The notes beneath the pieces are model-generated. The model did not search any database. It was not told the origin of the DNA and saw only the letters and a program-made list of their open reading frames with translations. The position numbers and the translations under genes are program-made. 64,000 nucleotides of DNA from Oxalobacteraceae bacterium. GTDB taxonomy: Bacteria > Pseudomonadota > Gammaproteobacteria > Burkholderiales > Burkholderiaceae_D. Of this stretch, positions 8,905-18,551 are shown in pieces. The DNA lies in the NCBI GenBank assembly GCA_036675035.1, contig JAKFFO010000119.1, positions 16,002-80,001 of the forward strand, given 5' to 3'. The first letter of the stretch is position 1. Each line of letters opens with the position of its first letter.

Positions 8905-11136
8905 CTATTTTGTATCGAATCGGGTAACCCCGGTCCATGCCGCATCCAGAGGTTCCTTGCTCAATCTGGCAATGCGTTCCTTGTAAAGTGCATACAGCCG
9001 GAAATCCGGCTGCATTCGTGCCAGTTCATCAAGCACTGCCTCCGCCTCTTGCCAGTTCTGCTGTCGATAATATTGCAGCATCTTGTTCCACAGTTCCAGT
9101 TCCTGGACAACCGGCCCGGTCAGCTGCCCGTCAATGCCGACCGGTTCGAAAATTGCGACCGGCTTGTCTTTCCCCACGACCTGTACCAGATCAAGCTCTC
9201 TGAACTGAATGTCGCTGACAGCATGCCTGGTGGCTTCGCCCACGATGATACCGACACCATACTGCTTGGTAATGCTTTCCAGGCGTGACCCCAGGTTGAC
9301 TGCATCGCCCATCACCGTATAGGCCTTGCGCACTACCGACCCCATGTCGCCGACGGTCATGGTTCCGGTGTTGATTCCGATTCCGATTTTCATTTCCTGT
9401 ATCCCGCGTGCCGCCAAGGTACGGTTCAGGTCTTCCAGTGCATTCTGCATTTCCAACGCGGTAATTATTGCGTTGCGTGCATGGTCGGAATCGCTTACCG
9501 GAGCACCCCAGAATGCCATGATCGCATCGCCGATATACTTGTCGAGAGTTCCCCGGTGTTCGCGGATCACCAGCGTCATCGCGCTGAGATACTCGTTCAT
9601 CAAATGCGCCAGCTGATCCGGCTCCATGCCTTCCGACATGCTTGTGAATCCCCGGACGTCCGAAAACAATACCGTCAGCTCCGCCTTTCGACCTTCCATG
9701 CTGTAACTCTGGGGATTGCGGCTCATTTCTTCGACCAGTTTGGGGGGCACGTATTGGCCGAACAATTCCGTAAACTGGCGCTTCGTCCTGGATTCGAAAA
9801 AATAACCGTAGGACATGTTCAATACATACAATCCGCCCAGGAGCAGCAGACTGGGCGCAAGAGGCTGCACCCAGTTTGCGTATTCCCATAAGCTGAGATT
9901 GGTGCCGATGATCGCGGCCAGCATCAGAAGTGTAGTGAGCGTGGCGCGTAGTGGTGAGCGCCAGGGGAACAGAAAAATCATCACCCCGCCGACCAGCAAC
10001 AGAAAAATGAACTCGACCGCTACTGCATATTGCGGCTTGAGTTTGATACTGCCGTCCAGCATGCCGGTGATGAGATTCGCATGGACCTCGACTCCGGGAT
10101 AGACAGGACTCACCGGGGTCGTGCGCTGATCCTTCAAGCCGGGCGCGGTGGTACCGATGAGCGCAATCCGCCCTCGGAGTTGCTCCGGTTTGATGCGGTC
10201 GGCCAATATGTCCGCGATCGAGTAATACCGATAACTTTTTTCATAGCCGCGATAAGGCACAAGTGCTGCCAGATTTTCATCGACCGGAATTCGCAATGTA
10301 CCCTGCGCGGTCGGCAGGTCCAGCCAGTCGACCGCGCCGTATTCGCCGGCAGTAGTGTCATCGCTTGCCTCGAAGCCGGGAACAATATCAGGACTGCCCA
10401 GCAATGCACGCACCATCGCAAGCGACAAGGTTTCGTAGTAACTACCATCGTGCTTCATCATCAGCGGTACGCGACGCACGCTGCCATCCGGGTCGGTAAT
10501 CGGATTGACATAGCCCGCACCAAAGGCCGCTTGCTGGAACACCTGAAGATTACCGCCATAATTTGGCCAGGAAAGTACCTTGGCATCCCGGTCCTTGAGC
10601 GCCGAAGCCGGCAATACGGGCGATGGGATGACGCCGCTGCTTCTTCCTTCATCCGCAAAGTAATAACCCAGGATGACCGGTTTGCCGTTGAGGGATTTGA
10701 CGAACAGTCCGTCGTAGTCGAGTTGCGGGCGAAGCTGATTGACTACCGCCAGATACTGCTGATCGTGTCTGAGTTCTGCTTGTGCCAGACCGTCGAGAAC
10801 CTTCAGCCCGGAGCTGTGGTCCGCTTCTGCGAGAAAGACGTCAAAGCCCAGTAGTCGAATTCCATATTGATCGAACAGCTTGTCAACCAGCTTTGCCATC
10901 CGGTCGCGACCCCAAGGCCACCGGCCGACTTCGGCCAGGCTTTTTTCGTCGATATCGAGAATTACCAGCCGGTCGTCTACCGTCTGCGGCATGGTCAGCC
11001 GTATTTTCGTATCGTATAAAAGATTATCGAGGGAATTGATAAACGATATCTGGTATGCCGAACTCGTGTGAAGAAGAAGCACAAGCAGGAGCAATAGCCC
11101 GAATACATAGCGGATTGCATGTTGTCTCAAAAGCAA
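8905..11136 (-). CDS. CHASE2 sensor domain-containing class III adenylate/guanylate cyclase
   Basis: 743 aa. N-terminal TM helix plus a large periplasmic-type region, then three or four TM helices. Catalytic domain LTVLFSDVRGFTSMSE ... LDKYIGDAIMAFWGAP ... YTVMGDAVNLGSRLE. C-terminal helical tail. Confidence 0.9.
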   Translation of the reverse strand: MLLRQHAIRYVFGLLLLLVLLLHTSSAYQISFINSLDNLLYDTKIRLTMPQTVDDRLVILDIDEKSLAEVGRWPWGRDRMAKLVDKLFDQYGIRLLGFDVFLAEADHSSGLKVLDGLAQAELRHDQQYLAVVNQLRPQLDYDGLFVKSLNGKPVILGYYFADEGRSSGVIPSPVLPASALKDRDAKVLSWPNYGGNLQVFQQAAFGAGYVNPITDPDGSVRRVPLMMKHDGSYYETLSLAMVRALLGSPDIVPGFEASDDTTAGEYGAVDWLDLPTAQGTLRIPVDENLAALVPYRGYEKSYRYYSIADILADRIKPEQLRGRIALIGTTAPGLKDQRTTPVSPVYPGVEVHANLITGMLDGSIKLKPQYAVAVEFIFLLLVGGVMIFLFPWRSPLRATLTTLLMLAAIIGTNLSLWEYANWVQPLAPSLLLLGGLYVLNMSYGYFFESRTKRQFTELFGQYVPPKLVEEMSRNPQSYSMEGRKAELTVLFSDVRGFTSMSEGMEPDQLAHLMNEYLSAMTLVIREHRGTLDKYIGDAIMAFWGAPVSDSDHARNAIITALEMQNALEDLNRTLAARGIQEMKIGIGINTGTMTVGDMGSVVRKAYTVMGDAVNLGSRLESITKQYGVGIIVGEATRHAVSDIQFRELDLVQVVGKDKPVAIFEPVGIDGQLTGPVVQELELWNKMLQYYRQQNWQEAEAVLDELARMQPDFRLYALYKERIARLSKEPLDAAWTGVTRFDTK

Positions 11137-11344
11137 ACTCCCGTTGCTTGTGGTTTTCTATTATTTTGTGCGCTGAACCGGCTGGCGGCGGTAATCGTTT
11201 TTTTATATCGCAGCCCCGCGTTATTTTATTTTCGAATATCACGCATCTGGCTGGAATCGTACACTGTTTTTTGTGTATTTAATTCAGTTATTTGCTATAA
11301 AAACACGGTCGTTGCGCCAGAAAAATGCCCTTTTCGAGATCGAA

Positions 11345-11863
11345 TTAACGAGAGGGCGAATTGTTGTCCAAGTAATCGTCGGTGCTGGTCAGGCGCGTGC
11401 CTGCCAATCGGTCATGAAGAAATTGGCGTTCCCGGTCCAGGTAAGTGGCTATCGCCCAGATCGCGACGTTGGCGAACGGGATTAAAAGCAACATTCCTTT
11501 TTCTGCTTCGACCAACCATGCCAGCGCGAGGCCCGGGAAAATCGATAGCCATGCGAGCAAGTATCTGGCAATCGCGCGCCACACCGTCACCTGCTTCCCA
11601 TCGATATCGGTTACCCGGATTTTCCAGGTCTTCATCGCGAGTGTCTGACCGCCATGAGTCCAGAACCAGACAAAATAAATACCAAGTACGAGAAAAAGCC
11701 AGTCCTGCAAGGCGCTGCGCAAATATAGCGCGTGACGTTGCTCCATGAGGGTGGAAAATATCCATACCGCCGCAAACAGGACGGCAAACACCAGAATCGA
11801 TTCGTATAACATGCTGGCGAGGCGGCGCTTCAGCGATGGCGTTGCGATGAGTTTCGAGGTCAA
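11345..11863 (-). CDS. RDD family membrane protein
   Basis: 172 aa with a TTG start. PSLKRRLASMLYESILVFAV, three TM segments, and the C-terminal YLDRERQFLHDRLAGTRL typical of RDD proteins. Confidence 0.75.
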   Translation of the reverse strand: MTSKLIATPSLKRRLASMLYESILVFAVLFAAVWIFSTLMEQRHALYLRSALQDWLFLVLGIYFVWFWTHGGQTLAMKTWKIRVTDIDGKQVTVWRAIARYLLAWLSIFPGLALAWLVEAEKGMLLLIPFANVAIWAIATYLDRERQFLHDRLAGTRLTSTDDYLDNNSPSR

Positions 11864-12708
11864 GTGGAAAATGAATTCTGTCTAAGGTTGTCGGGGTAGC
11901 GGATTTGATGCCGCCGTCGAAATATTCGATGGATGCAGCCTTTCCCGCACGCTCCATATCCTGCTGCGAGCAGTAATGCGGCTGATTGACGAGGAGGGGT
12001 TCTTGAACCTCTTCATCGACTGCAGCAAAGGCCTGATTGCGTTTTGGCTTGATCCGTACTTGTTTCAGCGGCGTTGCAGCGACGGCCTGATTCAGAGGTA
12101 TCGAGCCAATCGCCTTCGAGATTTCCCGAATATTTGGTCAGACTCGAATCGTGAACCGTGTGCGGCAATAAGCGCCGGATCAGTGCCAGCCCTTTGGCAG
12201 CACTCCCGTCTTCGTGCTGGGACGGGGAAAGCGGACGGATGTTGCCCAATGCGTCAGCGGGCAAATTCAAAACTTTGCGCATGCTAGCAAAAAAGGCTGC
12301 ATTTGTGCGGGTTTTTAGCGCAAAAACGCTTGATTTTAAAGCGATTTCGAAGAATTTGACTTGACCAAAATGGTGCAACGCATTAACGTATCACTCCCTT
12401 CGCCATCTCGAAGGGGCATTATGTTCTTTTCGAACGCGGCGCATGATGCCGCCACTCGACGAGACGCGCTTTATTAGAAAGCTGTTTGCTCTAACCCGCG
12501 CCACAAGCGTGAAAAATTTGCATCGGTACTTTGGAATCTCCGGCTGAACGAGTCGCGTCAAGCGTCGGTTTGAACCACATTCACGAATGTGCAACGAAAC
12601 GGCGCAACCCGCACAACCAAGGGAAGCCTCTGATCCATCGATACTCTGCGATTTTGCCAGGAGAGAGCATCCGATCAATTTCCAATGGACCTTGAAAGGA
12701 CTTGTAAC

Positions 12709-14433
12709 ATGAACTCAGAAATAACCGGCGCAGAAATTGTCGTGCGCTGCCTGGCCGACGAAGGCGTTGAGCACGTATTCGGCTATCCCGGCGGAGCAGT
12801 GCTTTACATTTACGACGCAATCTTCAATCAGGAAAAATTCCAGCATATTCTGGTGCGCCACGAGCAGGCTGCGGTGCACGCTGCAGATGCCTATTCGCGA
12901 AGCTCGAACAAGGTCGGCGTTGCGCTCGTGACTTCGGGGCCCGGCGTAACCAACGCGGTGACCGGTCTGGCGACCGCTTACATGGATTCGATTCCGATGG
13001 TAGTCATTTCGGGCCAGGTTCCGTCGCATGCAATCGGCCAGGACGCATTCCAGGAATGCGACACAGTCGGAATCACCCGTCCCTGCGTCAAGCACAACTT
13101 CCTCGTCAAGGACGTCAAGGACCTGGCGGCGACGATGAAAAAAGCATTCTATATCGCGACCACTGGACGTCCCGGACCGGTGCTGGTCGATATTCCAAAA
13201 GACATCACGATGCACAAGTGCGCGTACGAGTATCCGAAGGAGCTCGATATGCGTTCTTATAAACCGGTCGACAAAGGCCATTCCGGACAGATCCGCAAGG
13301 CGCTGCAATTGCTGTTGCAGGCCGAACGTCCGATGATTTATACCGGTGGCGGCGTTATCCTTGCCAATGCGGCTCCGGAATTGAACAAGCTGGTCGACAG
13401 GCTGGGCTTCCCTTGCACAAATACATTGATGGGTTTGGGCGCGTACAGGGCGTCCAGCGACAAGTTCGTCGGCATGCCGGGCATGCACGGTACTTACGAA
13501 GCCAATATGGCGATGCAGCACTGCGATGTCCTGATCGCCATCGGCGCGCGTTTCGATGATCGGGTGATCGGCAATCCAAAGCATTTTGCATCGCATCCGC
13601 GCAAGATCATCCATATCGACATCGATCCATCGTCGATTTCAAAGCGCGTCAAGGTTGATATTCCGATTGTCGGCAACGTGAAAGACGTTCTGCAGGAGTT
13701 GCTGTCACAGCTCGATGCGGTCGAATCCGCAGCTTCAAAGGCGTCTGCTGGCACACTTGCCAACTGGTGGAAACAAATCAACGAATGGCGTGAGCGCAAC
13801 TGCCTGAAATATCCGACCTCGAAAGAAGTCATCAAACCGCAGTCGGTCGTGGAAAAAGTATGGGAAGTCACCAACGGCGATGCGTTCATCACATCGGATG
13901 TCGGACAGCATCAAATGTGGGCTGCGCAATACTATCGCTTCGACAAGCCACGCCGCTGGATCAATTCGGGTGGACTGGGCACAATGGGCGTAGGGCTCCC
14001 GTATGCGATGGGCGTGCAAATGGCAAATCCTGGCTCTACGGTTGCCTGTATTACCGGCGAGGCATCGATCCAGATGTGCATTCAAGAGCTGGCAACCTGC
14101 AAGCAGTATCACCTGACGCCGAAGATCATCCTGTTGAACAACCGTTTCCTCGGCATGGTGCGCCAGTGGCAGCAGATCGATTACGGATCACGCTATTCCG
14201 AGTCGTACATGGATTCGCTGCCGGACTTCACGATGCTGGCTGAATCTTTCGGACACGTCGGAATGAAAATCGAAAATCCGAATGACGTTGACGGTGCGTT
14301 GAAAGAGGCGTTCGGCATGAAAGACCGGTTGGTTTTCATGAATTTCATTACCGATCAGACCGAGAATGTTTGGCCGATGGTCAAGGCTGGAAAAGGGCTG
14401 ACTGAAATGCTCCTTGGTTCGGAGGATCTGTAA
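12709..14433 (+). CDS. ilvI: acetolactate synthase (acetohydroxyacid synthase) large subunit
   Basis: Start chosen at ATG 12709 (MNSEITGAEIVV), with aaagga 8 nt upstream. GYPGGAVLYIYDA. TPP-binding GLGTMGVGLPYAMG ... GEASIQMCIQEL ... LNN. Confidence 0.95.
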   Translation: MNSEITGAEIVVRCLADEGVEHVFGYPGGAVLYIYDAIFNQEKFQHILVRHEQAAVHAADAYSRSSNKVGVALVTSGPGVTNAVTGLATAYMDSIPMVVISGQVPSHAIGQDAFQECDTVGITRPCVKHNFLVKDVKDLAATMKKAFYIATTGRPGPVLVDIPKDITMHKCAYEYPKELDMRSYKPVDKGHSGQIRKALQLLLQAERPMIYTGGGVILANAAPELNKLVDRLGFPCTNTLMGLGAYRASSDKFVGMPGMHGTYEANMAMQHCDVLIAIGARFDDRVIGNPKHFASHPRKIIHIDIDPSSISKRVKVDIPIVGNVKDVLQELLSQLDAVESAASKASAGTLANWWKQINEWRERNCLKYPTSKEVIKPQSVVEKVWEVTNGDAFITSDVGQHQMWAAQYYRFDKPRRWINSGGLGTMGVGLPYAMGVQMANPGSTVACITGEASIQMCIQELATCKQYHLTPKIILLNNRFLGMVRQWQQIDYGSRYSESYMDSLPDFTMLAESFGHVGMKIENPNDVDGALKEAFGMKDRLVFMNFITDQTENVWPMVKAGKGLTEMLLGSEDL

Positions 14434-14435
14434 TC

Positions 14436-14927
14436 ATGCGACATATCATTTCTGTTTTGCTTGAAAATGAAGCTGGCGCATTGTCGCGTGTGGTCGGATT
14501 GTTCTCGGCACGAGGTTACAATATCGAAACATTGACGGTGGCTCCAACCGAAGATCCGACGCTATCCCGCATGACCATCGTCACCTCCGGTTCGGACGAC
14601 GTGATTGAACAAATCACCAAGCACTTGAACCGCCTGATCGAAGTCGTCAAGGTGGTTGACCTCACGGAGGGCGCGCACATTGAACGCGAACTGATGCTGA
14701 TCAAGGTGCGGGCGGTCGGCAAGGAGCGCGAAGAAATGAAGCGGACCGCGGATATTTTCCGTGGCCGCATCATCGACGTTACCGACAAGACCTATACGAT
14801 CGAACTGACCGGCAACAAGACCAAGCTCGATGCATTCATCGATTCGATCGACAAGGCTGCAATCCTGGAAACCGTGCGCACCGGCGGTTCGGGCATCGGC
14901 CGCGGCGAGCGTATTCTCAAGGTTTAG
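14436..14927 (+). CDS. ilvH: acetolactate synthase small (regulatory) subunit
   Basis: 163 aa. ACT domain MRHIISVLLENEAGALSRVVGLFSARGYNIETLTV. Starts 2 nt after the ilvI stop. Confidence 0.95.
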   Translation: MRHIISVLLENEAGALSRVVGLFSARGYNIETLTVAPTEDPTLSRMTIVTSGSDDVIEQITKHLNRLIEVVKVVDLTEGAHIERELMLIKVRAVGKEREEMKRTADIFRGRIIDVTDKTYTIELTGNKTKLDAFIDSIDKAAILETVRTGGSGIGRGERILKV

Positions 14928-14942
14928 TATTTTCAAAGTTAA

Positions 14943-16004
<1,062 letters not shown>

Positions 16005-16190
16005 CGACGTAAAGGCGTCGGCATCATGCGATCATGCGCTTGTCGGCGCATGGATGCCGCGCCTGTAGATTTTCTGGCGTTGCATGTCTTGGGCCGGCAA
16101 GCTCGGGCGATGGATCGTGGCGGCAGGCGAAGCGAACCTCGACAGTCAATAACTGATTGTTGAATTCTTTAGGTTTACGGTGACTAATCA

Positions 16191-16222
16191 AGGGGCGTGC
16201 ATTGAGTACCGCCCCTTTTTTA
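16191..16222 (+). terminator. rho-independent terminator downstream of ilvC
   Basis: Stem aggggcg (16191-16197) / cgcccct (16210-16216), followed by a T-run. Confidence 0.6.
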
Positions 16223-16235
16223 TTGGAGAAACCTC

Positions 16236-16988
16236 ATGTTGAAAATCATAAGCGTATGTCTATTTTCTGTTCTTTTTAGCACGGTGTTGAATGGGTACGC
16301 GCAACCGGCAATACAAACCGGCGGCGCGCTGATTATTGTTCCGGCCTATGGCGAAGTGCGGCATCCTAATGACGAAGCACGGGTCCTGCTGATGATCGAA
16401 GAACAGGATAAGGACAAGACCGCTGCGGCGTCCAGGGTCAATCAGAAAATGAAGCAGGGGACTGCTATCGTAAAGCGAGAAGATCCGACAGCCACCTTGA
16501 AAACATACGGTTATTACACGTATCCGGTATATGCGGACGACCAGCCAAAACCTGATCGCAAGCCGCGGACGCCTGTTGCGTGGCGCGTTGGACAGTATCT
16601 GGAGGTGATCACCACGAACCTGTCCGACCTTCCGGCAACGGTCGCGGCAGCGCAGCAGCTACTGGCGCTTAATGGTTTGCAGTTCAGCTTGACCGAAGCG
16701 ACCCGCAAACAACTGGACGAGCAACGTATTGCAGCAACGTACAAGGATTTGACCGACCGCATTGCGGCGATTGCAAAAACGATGGGACGCAACATAGCAG
16801 ACGCTACGCTGGAGACCGTGGACTTTGAGGGATCCGGGGATTATGTGCAAACACAAAGTAAAGGGGTTTCCGCCATGGCAATGCGTACATCGAGAATGCA
16901 GGAAGCAGCGCCGGTGGAAGAGCCCAACTTTGAGCCGGGCGAAACAATTCTGCAAATGCGCGTAGTTGGGAAAGTCAAATTCAAGTGA
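16236..16988 (+). CDS. periplasmic SIMPL (DUF541) domain protein
   Basis: 250 aa with a signal peptide (MLKIISVCLFSVLFSTVLNGYAQ). By eye, overall colinearity with YggE-like SIMPL proteins, including the C-terminal FEPGETILQMRVVGKVKF. Confidence 0.6.
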   Translation: MLKIISVCLFSVLFSTVLNGYAQPAIQTGGALIIVPAYGEVRHPNDEARVLLMIEEQDKDKTAAASRVNQKMKQGTAIVKREDPTATLKTYGYYTYPVYADDQPKPDRKPRTPVAWRVGQYLEVITTNLSDLPATVAAAQQLLALNGLQFSLTEATRKQLDEQRIAATYKDLTDRIAAIAKTMGRNIADATLETVDFEGSGDYVQTQSKGVSAMAMRTSRMQEAAPVEEPNFEPGETILQMRVVGKVKFK

Positions 16989-17276
16989 ACCGGCACTGAC
17001 GGGTATTGAAAGCTGCATGGTCTGCTCGCCTTATCCAATATCATATTGACGGAATCGGCCCGGCGGCCTTGCTGGTCATGTGTGATATCAAGACAAATGA
17101 TATGCTGACGTGAAAGAAGCGCTACGGATATATCAGAATCGATGTGCAAAACCCTCGCCGTTTTGCCGCTAAAGCCCAAGTCGAAAAATGGTAACGAGCA
17201 AGGTGTCGCACTGGAGATGCGCTTGCCGGGACCCTGATCCGGCGTCGTACACTCGATATCGAAAAACAGGATACAT

Positions 17277-18155
17277 ATGGCAACTTTCAATCGTCGCAAA
17301 TCAAAAAAAGCAAATGTGACGCAGTTCCCTAAAATTCCCCGGCCTTACAAGCATAGTCTTCGCCGCCCGCAATTGGAGGATGGGGAACCGGCTCAACCGT
17401 CGTTGCGCAGGCGAAGCATCTACTTGTTGCCGAACGCGTTTACGACGGCAGGATTGTTCTGCGGCTTCTACGCCGTCGTGATGGCGATGAATTTGAAATT
17501 CGACTATGCATCGATCGCGATATTTGCGGCGATGGTACTGGATGCGATCGACGGACGCGTGGCACGATTGACGAATACCCAAAGCGAATTCGGCGCACAA
17601 TATGATAGCTTGGCAGACATGGTGTCCTTTGGGGCTGCGCCGGCATTAATTGTCTATGAATGGTCACTGCGCGGTTTTGGCAAGTGGGGCTGGCTTGCGG
17701 CTTTCGTTTATTGTGCTGGCGCTGCGCTGCGTCTGGCGCGCTTCAATACCAACATCACGGTAGTCGACAAACGTTATTTTCAGGGCTTGCCGAGTCCGGC
17801 GGCGGCGGCACTGGTTGCCGGCTTCATCTGGCTCATGGATGACTTGGGCTTCGCCGGGACCGATCTCACGCTGGCAGCCTGGGTCATCACTCTGTATGCA
17901 GGATTGACCATGGTGACCAATGTACCGTTTTACAGTTTCAAGGACGTGAATTTTCGCAAGTCGGTTCCCTTCATTGCGATTTTTCTGATTGTTCTCGTGT
18001 TTGTCGCTGTTTCTAGTGACCCGCCCAAAGTGCTGTTCGGTTTGTTCGTACTGTATGGATTATCGGGCTATGGCGTATATTTCTGGCGCTTGTTCAAGGG
18101 AAAACCAGTCAGCATCATCCAGACGGAGAGAGAGCAGTCGGAAGAAAAGGAATGA
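17277..18155 (+). CDS. pssA: CDP-diacylglycerol--serine O-phosphatidyltransferase
   Basis: 292 aa. CDP-alcohol phosphatidyltransferase motif DAIDGRVARLTNTQSEFGAQYDSLADMV, with multiple TM helices. Confidence 0.9.
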   Translation: MATFNRRKSKKANVTQFPKIPRPYKHSLRRPQLEDGEPAQPSLRRRSIYLLPNAFTTAGLFCGFYAVVMAMNLKFDYASIAIFAAMVLDAIDGRVARLTNTQSEFGAQYDSLADMVSFGAAPALIVYEWSLRGFGKWGWLAAFVYCAGAALRLARFNTNITVVDKRYFQGLPSPAAAALVAGFIWLMDDLGFAGTDLTLAAWVITLYAGLTMVTNVPFYSFKDVNFRKSVPFIAIFLIVLVFVAVSSDPPKVLFGLFVLYGLSGYGVYFWRLFKGKPVSIIQTEREQSEEKE

Positions 18156-18551
18156 AGTACAACCCCGCGGGTAAAAGTCGAACGAAGAATGCATGCATCG
18201 TCGGGGCGGAAAAGAACTATCCGGAAATTGGACAGTACCATTGCAGCCAGTCTCTGCTGGGCGCTTTTCCTGTGCATAAAACCGTCGAGAATCCATATGG
18301 CTTATCAAAAAGTTGCGCTTTTTCAGGAATCCGCTTATAGTTTTCGCATGTCACGCGAAATTCAATTCTCTTTTTCCGCTTTGCCAGGCAGCCTGCTTCC
18401 AGGTCTGCTGCTACCGTATTTCCTGCTGCGCTAACGCGCACATTCCCATACCCCCACAATCTGTGCAGTCTCGTGCTCATGCTGAAATTGGCAAGGGCAG
18501 GCGAAAAACCATTCAACGTCGTAATTCCAGAAATTTCCTAAGGAGCAAAGC

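Noticed and set aside
8905-11136. Reading the cyclase as a CBASS/Pycsar-type antiphage nucleotide cyclase
   Set aside because: It has a CHASE2 extracytoplasmic sensor and TM helices, canonical class III purine-cyclase residues, and is paired with a cNMP phosphodiesterase. It is not paired with a toxic effector (TIR, patatin, pore-former, nuclease). This is a signal-transduction architecture, not a defence architecture.
12391-12708. Search for a Val/Ile/Leu-rich leader peptide or attenuator upstream of ilvI
   Set aside because: The small ORFs present (MFFSNAAHDAATRRDALY, MMPPLDETRF..., MCNETAQPAQPREAS) are not enriched in branched-chain codons, and no terminator-like hairpin precedes ilvI. 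The 95-aa minus-strand ORF 12391-12678 has no coding character.
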